A DNA stretch of 64,000 nucleotides from Asterias rubens (taxonomy: Eukaryota), in the NCBI RefSeq assembly GCF_902459465.1, contig NC_047062.1, forward strand, positions 18,042,001-18,106,000, given 5' to 3'. Each line of letters starts with the position of its first letter. The first letter of the stretch is position 1. Under the pieces are notes generated by a model. The model was not told the origin of the DNA and ran no database searches. It was given only the letters and a program-made list of their open reading frames with translations. Below, in pieces: positions 37,001 through 48,800 of the stretch. Made by a program: the position numbers and the translations under genes.

Positions 37001-38902
37001 CACTCACAAGCTGTAGCTGGTTTGTTTTTGCTTATTTTTTACTGAGTCCCATCCAGTTTAAGAAAATGTCATGTTAGACTGCAGGTCACAATTTCCCATG
37101 TTGGCTGGGCAGACATTATGCCATAGGGTAACACGCAGGACTCAGGAAAAATATCAGGAATTGGGTATCAAAACAGAGCGGGCTGATGAACATTGCAATA
37201 AGACAGACTGTCTGTCTGTAGTTCCACAAAGCATAGCCTATTATAATGTGAGAAAATGAGTACACATCAGGCCCTCTTATGCATTTTTTGAAAAATCCTA
37301 AGCCAGGGTAGATTTGCAAAGGCACAGTTTTTACGGTTTGCTTGTTCAGGACTTTGAAAAATATCAGGAACAAAGCGGGTTGAACAATGAGACCGACTGT
37401 CTGTAATTTCCACAAAGCATAGTTTATTATAATGTGTTGAATATCAAAATGCATTTTTTGGGAAAAGCCTAAGCCAGGGTAGTTTTGAGTTTTTTTTGGT
37501 TTGCCTGTTCGCTCACCCTGTACGTGATGTCTGTAATGTCAACCAGAAAAAATTAATAATTGAGTGTCCTGTATAATGAACCTGTGTAGTGAGGGATCTC
37601 AATAGCAAACTTAAGCAAAGTATACAATACATTTTTTTTTTTTTTTTAAGTGTGTATTCAGTAGAAACTATTACCGTATGTGAACATTTCATTTCAAAAG
37701 GTGGTTGTGTTTTTGAGATTATCGCAAAAAATCTGGAGCAGTTATGTCCACACAGGAAAAACAATTCGTAATTGGAATACACAATCTGAGAAACACTTAG
37801 TAAAACTGAATTTTTTTTTCATGGGTTCCACATTACTTTTTAAAAGTGAAATGCTGCTGTACGCTATTAACTTAATCTAATTTATTGCCATTAATTTATT
37901 GCCATTAATTTTAAGAGTGTACCGAAAGTATACCTTCCATTTTATGTTTCTAGTGTACATGTGTGTGTCTCAAATTGGTCCTCACTTTGTAGGAAGATGA
38001 TTTCACTGGTTAGTTGCAGTGACAGTCGCCAAACTTTTTTCTTTTTTTCCCGCGGGGGATAATGGTTTATTGACAACATTTCACAAAATCAAACATCAAA
38101 TCATTGAAACTTTCATATGAGGAAAGTGAAAACAAGTCACAGCATTTAAAGAGAATACTTTGAACATTGGTCTTGACAGAGTACAGAGAAGAAATCCCAT
38201 TTATGGTAGAAACTATGTCCTCACTTGGTCAATTTGGTCGTCACTGTATAGGAAGATGATTTGACTGGTAAGTTACAGTCATCAAAACCTTGGACAATTA
38301 ATATAAACATCTGGTAGACAAAAATATTGAGGACCTCGTTTTAATTCAGCATGCTTCGGCCAAATTTTCAAAATTTTGCGAGAAACCTATGAGGGAAATA
38401 TAAATATCTGCCAGAGTAATTCAAAGGGGCACCAAGGCACGCACTGAAAAGCGAGCCCCCAGAGGAAAAATACCTCCATGAAATAGGACATCATACTGTG
38501 CATGTGCATCATGACATCATGACATGTGCGTGTGTATCATGTGTGCATAGTTTGTAAGAACATTGGTATGTGTACAAACATGCACTGTTCATGCATGAAC
38601 ACATTTACATTGTTTAATGGGGGTGGGGAATGGTATGTCAATTACCATGTTTAGACAGCAGGTTCATTTTATTATCAGTAGGTGGCAGTCGTAAAAAAAA
38701 AAAATTGAAACTTGGGATAAGTCTATCTTTGGGGTTAAACCCGATTTGGTCTACCTTTCTTTAGCATTCAGACAGACAGAGTTGAACTCAATCGGATTCA
38801 TCCATGAGTTACATGTAGTAATAATAATAATAACCAGAGCCAAGGGCTTCTCAAAGCTCTTCTTACCCCTATTATTACCCCTGGTCACTGGTCATTCCTT
38901 AA

Positions 38903-39137
38903 AGGCAGTGGACACTATTGGTAATTACTCAAAATAATTAATATCATAAAACCTTTCTTGATTACGAGTAATGGGGAGAGGTTGATAGTATAAAACATTG
39001 TGAGAAACAGCTCCTTCTGAAGTGAAGTAGTTTTCGCGAAACAAGTAACTTTCCAGGAATTTGATTTAAAGACCTCTGATTTAGAATTTGAGGTCCTCGA
39101 CACAACTTCGTGCGACAAGGGTGTTTTTTTCTTTCAT
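38903..39137 (-). mobile_element. Truncated Kolobok-like MITE
   Basis: TTAA 38899-38902 plus AGGCAGTGGACAC TIR; homologous to 39709-40087 but lacks the second TIR. Confidence 0.75.
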
Positions 39138-39708
39138 GCGAATGCAATATGAATTTTGAAGTCACAACCCTGTTTTTCGCCGTAAATTATTCGTTGTTAT
39201 ATAACACCCAAGCAGATCCTTGCCATTTGATTGGAGGATTGTCCGTCACGTGATAGCAAATAAAAGTACCATTGCACGCTGAGTCACTCACCGTGCTTTT
39301 TCGTTTCACAGTGCAGTTACCATGCAAGAGAATACAGTACAACTTGCCGTTGCTTTAGTGAGAAAAGCTTGGATGCCCATGTTTGCCGTTCATTCAGCAA
39401 TACCACTCTGTCTTTCAACCTGGCTAAACATTTTGTAAACCTTTATCTTGTGTATTTTATACTTCAGAGATTCTTCAAATTGTGTGATAATGATTTGATC
39501 TGGGTAGTTTTGAACAGCTGACAGCTTAAACCTGAAAAATTTGCATCATTTGTTTAAGATTTTTTTGAAAGAGTTTGTCTATAATATTTCAATCTGAAAT
39601 TCAAACTAAAGGGCTGATACTTCACAGTGGCAACAGAGCCAAAATGCCTCCTCAGCCTGCCCTCTACTGGTGCTTCTGAAACTTTCACTTCTTCTCCTCA
39701 ATGTTTAA

Positions 39709-40087
39709 AGGCAGTGGACACTATTGGTAATTACTCAAAATAATTATTAGCATAAAACCTTTCTCGGTGACGAGTACTGGGGAGAGGTTGATGGTATAAA
39801 ACATTGTGAGAAACGGCTTCCTCTGAAGTGCCATAGTTTTTGAGAAAGAAGTAATTTTCCACGAATTTGATTTCAAGACCTCAGATTTAGAACTTGAGGT
39901 CTCGAAATCAACCATCTAAACGCACACAACTTCGTGTGACAAGGGCGTTTTTTCTTTCATTGTTATCTCGCAACTTCGACGACCGATTGAGCTCAAACTT
40001 TCACAGGTTTGTTATTTGATGCTTATGTTGAGATTACACCAACTGTGAAGACAAGTCTTTGACAATTACCGATAGTGTCCACTGTCT
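39709..40087 (-). mobile_element. Intact Kolobok-like MITE
   Basis: TTAA 39705-39708 and 40088-40091; TIRs AGGCAGTGGACACT / AGTGTCCACTGTCT. Confidence 0.88.
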
Positions 40088-40311
40088 TTAATAGCCCTTT
40101 TCACACTTCTCTATTCCCGAGGGCAATCCCAATGATTAATGGCTGACCCTTTCACGCTTGGATCACTTTACCCCTGATCTACCCTTGGCAAATGAGCATA
40201 CACCCTGGGGAATAGCCACCCCCTGCTCTGCCAAGGACAGTGTGAAAATGTGCAGGGGATACTGCTGTGTAAAAAAACTCTGGGATAAGAGATCCAGTGT
40301 GAAGCATAATA

Positions 40312-41841
40312 ATGATGCCCCTGTCGATGATTCTAAGGAAGGTGAGTGCAGGTTATGTAATGAAGAAGGACGGATGTAAGATCAACCATCTGCTTTTTAT
40401 GGACGATTTGAAGTTGTTTGCGAAGAATGAGGCCGAGATCGACTCTTTGGTGCAGACCGTCAGGATTTTCAGTGATGACATTGGGATGCAGTTCGGTCTG
40501 GAGAAATGTGCTTCAATGACCATGAGGAGGGGGAAGAGGGTACATTCCGATGGCATTGCTCTGCCAGATGGTGCACAGTTGAGGGCTTTGGGTGAGGAGG
40601 AGAGTTATCGGTATCTTGGTGTACTTGAATCGGACCATGTCCTTCACAAGGAATCAAAGGTAAGGCTGAAGGCAGAATACATCAGGCGTGTAAAGAAATG
40701 TTTGAAGTCTAAACTAAACGGGGGGAACATGATTAAGGCGATTAACACATGGGCCGTGTCTTTGATGAGGTACAGTGCGGGTATTGTCGAGTGGACTAAG
40801 GAAGATCTAGATGTCACTGACAGGAGGACAAGAAAACTAATGACCATGCATGGCATGCTACACCCGCGGTCAAATGTTAGTAGACTCTATCTTCCGAGGT
40901 CAGAGGGCGGAAGGGGGTTGCTTAGCGTGGCGGACAGTGTTAACATCGAGCGCAGAAGCTTGCATTGTCATGTCAGGAGGACCGAGGAGAGCTTGTTGAA
41001 AGTTGCACAAAGGTACACGAGGGCAGACGAAGTTGGGCCGAAAGAGTACAAGAGGGAAAGGAAGGAGGAAAGACATCAAGATTGGAGGAACAAACCACTT
41101 CATGGCCGGTTCTTGAGGTGTACTGAGGAAGTGGCCAGCAGCAAGTCATGGAATTGGTTAAAGAGTGGAGAACTAAAGAAGGAAACAGAGGGCTTGATTA
41201 CTGCGGCGCAAGACCAGTCTCTAAGGACAAATGTAATGAAGGCAAGGATAGAGAAAGCAAACGTCTCTCCTATGTGTAGAATGTGCAATAAAGCAGAGGA
41301 GACTGTATTTCATATTGTTAGCGAATGCAGTAAGATGGCCCAGACGGAGTACAAAGGAAGACATGACAAGCTGGCCAAGGTGATTCACTGGGATCTGTGT
41401 AAGAAGTATGGTGTCAAAGTACTTGCGAAATGGTACGACCATGTTCCGGAGAAAGTTGTAGAGAACGACCAGGTCAAGATCCTATGGGACTTTAACATTC
41501 AGACCGATCATGTTATACAACATAGGCGTCCGGATGTTGTGCTATTAGATAAGACGAAGAAGATGTGTCATCTCATTGACATAGCTGTGCCAGGTGATAT
41601 AAGGGTAGCTTCGAAGGAGATGGAAAAGATCGAGAAGTACCAGGACCTGGCCAGGGAACTTCGTAAGATTTGGCAGGTAAAGGTAACAGTAGTCCCCGTG
41701 GTGGTTGGAGCACTTGGCACCATTCCCAAAGCACTGGGGAAACATCTAGATGAAATAGGGACAAATGTGAGGGTAGATCTATTACAGAAGGCAGCGCTTT
41801 TGGGAACAGCGAGGATCCTGAGAAAGACCCTTGAGATCTAA
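40312..41841 (+). CDS. C-terminal half of R4/Dong polyprotein: partial RT, CCHC zinc knuckle, restriction-like endonuclease
   Basis: HLLFMDDLKL (RT active site), YRYLG, LYLPRSEGGRGL, CRMCNKAEETVFHIVSEC, RHD, RRPDVVLLD..LIDIAVP..KIEKY (PD-D/ExK). No stops in 509 codons, but RT motifs upstream of FMDD are missing, so it is non-functional. Confidence 0.9.
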   Translation: MMPLSMILRKVSAGYVMKKDGCKINHLLFMDDLKLFAKNEAEIDSLVQTVRIFSDDIGMQFGLEKCASMTMRRGKRVHSDGIALPDGAQLRALGEEESYRYLGVLESDHVLHKESKVRLKAEYIRRVKKCLKSKLNGGNMIKAINTWAVSLMRYSAGIVEWTKEDLDVTDRRTRKLMTMHGMLHPRSNVSRLYLPRSEGGRGLLSVADSVNIERRSLHCHVRRTEESLLKVAQRYTRADEVGPKEYKRERKEERHQDWRNKPLHGRFLRCTEEVASSKSWNWLKSGELKKETEGLITAAQDQSLRTNVMKARIEKANVSPMCRMCNKAEETVFHIVSECSKMAQTEYKGRHDKLAKVIHWDLCKKYGVKVLAKWYDHVPEKVVENDQVKILWDFNIQTDHVIQHRRPDVVLLDKTKKMCHLIDIAVPGDIRVASKEMEKIEKYQDLARELRKIWQVKVTVVPVVVGALGTIPKALGKHLDEIGTNVRVDLLQKAALLGTARILRKTLEI

Positions 41842-41923
41842 GGCTACGGGACGTAGCCCGGCTCGAGGAGTTACCGGCACAAAGGAAAATGAGATCTTTC
41901 TTTTGCATGCTGTGATAAAATGA

Positions 41924-41953
<30 letters not shown>
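40312..41953 (+). mobile_element. 5'-truncated R4/Dong-clade non-LTR retrotransposon (RLE type) with (AAT)10 tail
   Basis: Open ORF 40312-41841, ~80-bp 3'UTR, (AAT)10 at 41924-41953. Confidence 0.92.
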
Positions 41954-41954
<1 letters not shown>

Positions 41955-43460
41955 GTGGCTCCTTATTTAGCGCACATGTCCGTCACGACACAGCACGGCT
42001 TCTGACTTGTGCCCCTGTGCCCTTGCGAACAATTTACAAAATAGAGAATCAATTGCCGACCGCCATATGCACCATAGGGCTAGATAGCTCAGAGTAAAGA
42101 TGGTTGGTAGCCAACATATGTCCCAATGTTCCAATGGCTACTGGCGCATGACATATTCCGATCATCTTAAATGAAAATGACCTTGCCTTCTCATAGATGA
42201 AACTCCAGACCTAAAGTATAGAGTATTGCAGTTTTGTGGGCGTTCAGTGTTGCCTTTTGCTCACAAAATACAGAATACCAAAACCTGAAAATAAATATTT
42301 AGCAAATTTGATACATTCGCTGAAAGTAATTAATTAAATCCACCTTCAATGGTTAGCTTTATACACAAAAAAGCTTTTGAAATCCTAACATTAGCATTGA
42401 GGATGCTAAAACCCATTGACTTGCGGAATATTCTTAATTGAAGAGGAATACTCTAAGTTTAAGGAATATTGTCATGCGAGCTCGATACAACTCTTGCTTC
42501 TGCCCTTTGCATACACCCAACCAATCAGAATAAAACGGCTGTATAGCACTAACAAGCACTGCGCAAATTGCAATCCTCTCCGTGCACTCCCATTGGACAA
42601 AAATTAACCATTGAATACATAGATCTACAATGTAAAAATCTTTATTACCATGGGAGACGTACACCGGATTACATTCTGAAAGTTAAGCGCACTTTATTTG
42701 GATTGTTGCCAATTACGGGGATGAGTTTTATCGGCGTAGATTCTTCCAAAGTGCAGTCACCATTATTAGAAGAGGGGGAATTATAACAAGCTGAAATTAT
42801 GCATTAATTGTTCTGCACCATCTCTCCCAAGATATGCCTCCTTGGGGTGGGATTTTACTGAATAAAGGATGGGTCTGTAAGCCACCAGAGCCTGAAATTA
42901 GTTCCTTTAACGTTCGAATGCGACTCTGCCTCCTGATTATGGTACGGAACAACTAGTAGTAGCTAATGCATGAAAAACTCTTAGGCGATGTAGGGGTGTG
43001 TGACTTGTATTTTCAAACAATAATTGTGTATAACTTACGGTTTGCAGCCAATGTTATTTGTGCATTGCAGAACTGTGTAATCACGTTCGTGAACAAGCTT
43101 GTGTCAATTTAATCCATGCACATGACATTGCATGCACAACAAAAGTTTCATCAAACGTATCTTCTGAATTATCATTTTCAGAATTTTGAATAACATTTTG
43201 TATGTTAAATGTAAGGTTTTGGTTTTTTTTTCATTTATTTGAGTTTACACATGGATTGTGGAATTGTCAAGTGGAAGCTTTTTTAAACTATAAAAAAGCG
43301 ATAAAAATCATCCACATGAATTTATAATTTAATGTCAATAAGCACCACACATCACACAGCAATGACACACAGCCAGAAGTTTAACCAAGGTAATTATGTT
43401 GTTGTATAGTTTTTGTTTTTTGTTTTTGCGGCATTTTTGGCATACTTTTTATAAATTGTC

Positions 43461-43640
43461 CAGGCCTGATACTTGACGGAGGCAACAAAGGCAATTGCTT
43501 CAATGCATTCCATTGCCACCATGCCTTGGTGCCCTTAAAATGCGCCAGTAGAAATTTACAATTTCCTCATAATGTGCCCTCTACCAAGGAGAAAATGCCT
43601 TGATGCCCTTGCCCTTTCAATAACGAAACAAACAGGCCTG
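43461..43640. mobile_element. MITE family with CAGGCCTG termini (other copies ~35590-35845, 47229-47390, 48030-48235, 49485-49640, 54820-54963, 59060-59190); superfamily uncertain
   Basis: CAGGCCTG at both ends; shared GGTGCCCTT / AAATGAAAATGGCCTTGCCC core; copy 47229-47390 is flanked by CAGTG on both sides. Confidence 0.65.
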
Positions 43641-45686
43641 GTCGTCGCTCATACTTTGATGGACAATCCTCTGTGTGATTGAAACACTTACACAACGAGT
43701 GGTCTCATCTCTCATCCTACTGAACCGTCAAAGAAGTGATGATGTCATTGCCAGCCGACGGCAACGGCAACTAAGATGCCCAGCAGAGGTTTGTTTTCTT
43801 TTATCAACTTTTTGGATAATTCGTTCCGGGAGTCTCATGGGGGTGATTGAGAGGAGAGTGATGTGCGAAGGGAAGTGATGCTCCCCCCTTCTGTCTGTCG
43901 GGGAGAGGTGGTGAGTAAGATGAAGTCATGCGTGGTGATGTGATAATAAAAGATGATGGATGCTGATGAGGATGGGATGAATGGAGCTGATGAGATGAGC
44001 AGAGGAGGACAGAGGATACTCCTCCTGGGAAATTGAATACTCATCCTCGGTTCGAGGAAGACGAGATGTGGAGGAGTGCTGGGTATAAAGAAGGGGGTGT
44101 CTTGTCTCGGCTGGTGACAACTTGAAATAATCCGGGAGGTAGGTGTCAAGTCTGGTAGGAGTCGTGCTATGGAGAGATATGTTTACGTGTTTTGGGGGTT
44201 TTCTGTCTGGATTTTATTACCCCTTGAGGAAAGAAGGATACAGCACGGTGGGATGTGCCATGGTCCATCATTCTAAACCTCCAGTTTGTTGTTAACCTGT
44301 CTTTAAACCTGATGGAACTTTGATAAAGTTGTATTTGCTTTATGAGTGCATGCTTCTATTAGTGTAAAAATTACAATGGAGGAAAGGGTACTCTTTTGGC
44401 ATTTTTTCTTCAGATAAGTTTTCTCAAACTGAGTCAGTTTGGGGGACTTTTTCACAAGGGGGTTTTGTATGTTGTTTACTAAAGCCTTTTTCTTGAGCCT
44501 TTTATTAGGCATCTGAAAGCACACAAATTTGCGCAAAAAGCGTGTATTTCTTTGATTTTCTTGTGATGAGCAACTTGAGTGAACATTTGCACAGATTTGT
44601 TATTGTATGCATATGTGAGAATACTCGTCTCTGACAATTATCAAACTTGTGTATTATTAGGTAAACATCCTGCAAACGGTTGACATATTAAGACTATCAA
44701 GAGCTCCACAAGGAATCATCTCATCCTCCTACATTTTACTTGTATAATAGATGCGCACGGATGATGTGTAGATGCGTCTATTAATAGCGAGCAAAGCCTT
44801 GTGCCTAATATAGACATTATCTAGTAATCATATCATTGATTAAAACAGCGCTGGGGGTAAATATCGTGCACTCGATCTTAATGCGCCCATTTCTCCGGGT
44901 GAGTTATGAAATATGATCCAGCAATCTTATATTACGGAGTTTACTAGTTCTTATGAAGCTCCTTGGGGCTCTTTGAGATTTATCCTTTAAATTTGGTTTC
45001 AAGTGGAAGGTCCTGTCATTAATCAGGAGTTGACACGTTATCACCAATCTTGACATGTTTTGTTTGTTGAAGTTCGATTTCAGCACTTCCTGTTTAGTGC
45101 ATTTTCGTCGCTGTTCTTTCAATAAACAGGAGGAATCTTTGTATGCATTCAGGTACTGTCATGATTATTAGCAACTGAGGCATTTCATTAGCACAGTTCA
45201 CTGCCGACCGGAGACACATGTTTGTTTACAGTTTGCAATGCAGTATGAATTAGTTATGTTCCTGTTGATTATTAAAGTCACCAGGGAACTCTCCCGGTCT
45301 TCACAGATGAATTTTAGGGACCTTTGCTTCTGGATAACAATTTCAAAAGTGACTTGTGCATGGCAGCAGGTAGGTCTGTCTCTGCCAGGTTGTTTATGAA
45401 CAAATTGTCATGAGTTTTCAGGCTTCTAGACGGTTACTGGTTGTATTTTTTTGTGGACACTAGTCACAGCTTGTGCAGAAATTCTGTGCTTGTCCTGTAT
45501 TAGCAGAGAATGGTGATCTTAAGTGCAGAATTTGGTGGTAAGCAGAGCCTTGTTCAAGTTGGGTTGTTTATAGCCACTGACACAAAATACAAAATGATGC
45601 ATCATCGGTACAATCACTTCTTTTTAATTTTCTTGAGTCAAGAATGTTGACGATAAACCTTGTTTTTTGTTTTCTATTTTTTACAG

Positions 45687-45816
45687 GGATCAGAACGGCA
45701 ACGTGTGGAGCTGCCTGAGAGACCTTGAGAAAACCAACGCTTTGTGTTACCAGTGGACAAAGTCAGGCAATAGCAAACAACTCCTTGGCTCACTCGGCAT
45801 TGATTCCAGAAACATC
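45687..45816 (+). CDS. AFTPH: Aftiphilin coding exon 3 ([43 protein letters not shown])
   Basis: Matches the conserved aftiphilin C-terminal domain (vertebrate W..LQD....LRYQW.GS.SNK.LL.SLGID.RNI). Acceptor TTTTTTACAG; donor ATC|GTAAGT, phase 0. Confidence 0.92.
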
Positions 45817-48800
45817 GTAAGTACTTTCATGGTTTTAATTATTAATTGATAATCGCCTCGGAGAGTTTATGCACCCTGATTGGTCGAAGATTGGTCACAT
45901 AGCGCATAAATGGCCCCTAAACAAGCATTTTGTTGTGTAAAAGATGCTGTGTATGCACTGTGCGTTTATGCAGAAACTATAGAAAAAAATTCACCCTTTG
46001 TTTGTGTACCATTTTAAAATATAGTCTGGTTCTTTAAAATATGCAGACATAAAGAATAATGATATGTTGGAGATTAGGTCCTTTTCAAAAATTTAAAAGG
46101 CTGGCCGCTGTAAACGGACATCACATTTGGCTTGGTCCATTAACAACAGCCAGCCACCAACCAAGGTCATTAACAGGCAGTGAAGACCGGTTCCTCCGAT
46201 TTTAATTTGGTTAGACATTTTTCTTGCAAGATTTTAAGTTTACTGCATGCTTGTGATAATACATGTATTGGATGCGTAAATGGGTGCATTGTGGAGGTAG
46301 TGCTTTCTGCTCTACCGGCCACACTTCGGATTGATGATACCCAAGCCTACATCCATATGGACTGTAAAAGGGGTAACCCTGTTTCAGCTTTAGGAGAAGG
46401 TGGCAACGGCCTCTAAAAAAAAAAAATTGTAGCCCATACCTTGAAGTGGCCTTCAGGCCTTGTGTGTCTAGGGACTTGAATAAAAAATTTTTTAAAAATT
46501 GTGGTAATCACAAGATGAAATCTGGATTATATTCTGTTTCATGAGGGGCCCGGGAAGCCGAGTGAAATTGAAAAGCCAGATTTCATCAAGTGAATAAATG
46601 CATTCAATAGACACAGAAACTTGGGAGCGTGTGTGTTTTTGTTTGCACATTCAGTGTCAGCGCTTCTAATATTAAAGTCCAATCATAATTCTTGGTAGAT
46701 CTTGTTCGCTGTACCGTTTAAACCCTTAAAACCATCTGAGTATTTACCTTGCAGAGCCCTCTCAGAGACACACCCCCTCCCCCCTCCCCTCCCCCCTCCA
46801 GCCCGTACACAACTCTATGTCTTGGAGTGATTCGTCCCTTCTCTCTCAGGATGGATTATTTCTCCGCGATCCACGCATTTTTACCCGCAGGACATGTTGT
46901 CCGCGTGATTGATTTACAGAGTGACTGCGTGAGGTTGTGTTCACTTCAAAACATAAAAAAGCAATCTTCGAAGATTTCTCCATGAATATGTCTTCAGTAT
47001 TCTTCTCTCTTTATAGACTGTCAGCTGTTTTTGTGATAGCTGAGGCTTATAAGCTGGGTTCATATTGAACAATTTGAAAGGTTTCTCTATTTTTTCATGG
47101 AGTGCTTCTGTGAGATTGCAGTTCCTGAAGAGGATGAGATTAACTTATTGGAAATCTGGAAAAATAAACAGGGATGTTGTCAAACCTGTTGGATAGATCG
47201 CTAAGTATACGTGTATGTGCAGGCAGTGCAGTCCTGATGCTCCGTCTTGAAAGGGCAAGGACACCCACAAAGATTCTCAATTTTTTCTATTGGAACATTT
47301 CAAAGGACACCAAGGCTACATGTACATGTATGTATGGCCAGGGGCAATGGGGGCACTTGCCTTCATCACCTCTGTGAAGCATCAGGCCTGCAGTGCATTG
47401 TGTATTACAAATTCACTTCATCGTTTTCGACATTTAAAGTTTTTTGAGTGACTCTCCGAGCCTGTCTCTGACGTTTAACAAATGGTTGAATTTGAAGATT
47501 TAATTCATTTGAACCTCCTGGATTTCAACTGAATAACTTTTGAAAACGTGACTGTATGACTGTCAGTATTTTTACAAAGGGCACCAAGGCCAGGGGCAAC
47601 AGGGGCAATTGCCTCTATCACCTCATTGTGATGAAGCATTGGGTCTGTGATGCATTATGTATAAAACATGAACTTATTGCATTAGTTACAAAGATGAAAA
47701 GATGAAAAGCCTCTGGATTTCAAATGAACAATTTTGAAAATTAGACTGTTTAACAGTTTTGCATACTCTCCGTCAGTATTTCCTGAAAGATGAGGGGGGA
47801 CTTAGCTACTGGCAATACTTTTTAGGTTGATTGGTCCTTGAACCAACTTCACATCAGAGTCATCCTTGGTGTTTTGTCCTCCAGTCCTGCACCATATGTG
47901 GTATATGGTTTGAAGGCTGTCATCATACATGTATGAGCATTCTCCAACATATGTTAATACAGTCAAATTAAGCAATTTATGAACAGGATCAGTTCATTTT
48001 GTATGACTTCATGTGTGACTTCAAGATCCAAGCCTGATATTTCACGGAGGTAACAGAAGCAATTGCCTTTATGCTCCTGGTGTCCCTGTTGTCCCTGGTG
48101 CCCCTATTCCTTCATGCCCCTGGTCATTGCCTTGGTGTCCCATGGAACAGTCCAGTTAAGTTAGTTTTTCCTCATAAAATGACCATTTATGAAAATTGCC
48201 TTGCCCATTCAAGATCGGATAAAAGTGAAATTAAAATGAGAGCGCCCCGGGCAACATTCCAACCGTTTTTTTTTTAAACTAATTTTTTAACGACATATTA
48301 ACATTGGCTTTCAATTCAATTCAATTAGATTCCAAAAAGGGTATTTGAAATGCTCACATACATTAAAAACATTGAAACATAAACAATGTTAAAAACAGTG
48401 CTAGGGCTTATAGCTTTGGATCAACATGACTTTTGACTTGATTTAAAAGTGTCTCACCCACTTCTACAAGCATTGAACATGTACATGTTGGAACAAAGTC
48501 AAAGCTCAGTGCATGGTCAGATGGTTAAGACATCTGCTCAAGACCCATTACAAGGTCATGGATAGGATTTCTGTTCAGGGTGAGTATGGATTTTTACCCC
48601 CATCCTATAGTTTGTTGCATTCAACGAGCTGATTTGAAAACATGTATTAGGACTTGGGAGTGAGTGTTTGAGTTTTTTAAAGGCTTGTAGTACTACATGT
48701 TAAGAGGATTTGCAACTTTGCATGGTGGAAGTTATAATGCAGCACCCATGTAAAAAAACTTTTTTGAGTAGCGTGTTTTCTGAAAAGAGGCTTGTATTAT

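Noticed and set aside
43835-44149. 104-aa Ser/Pro/Ile-rich minus-strand ORF
   Set aside because: Low-complexity consequence of a purine-rich GA/GAT tract; no domain.
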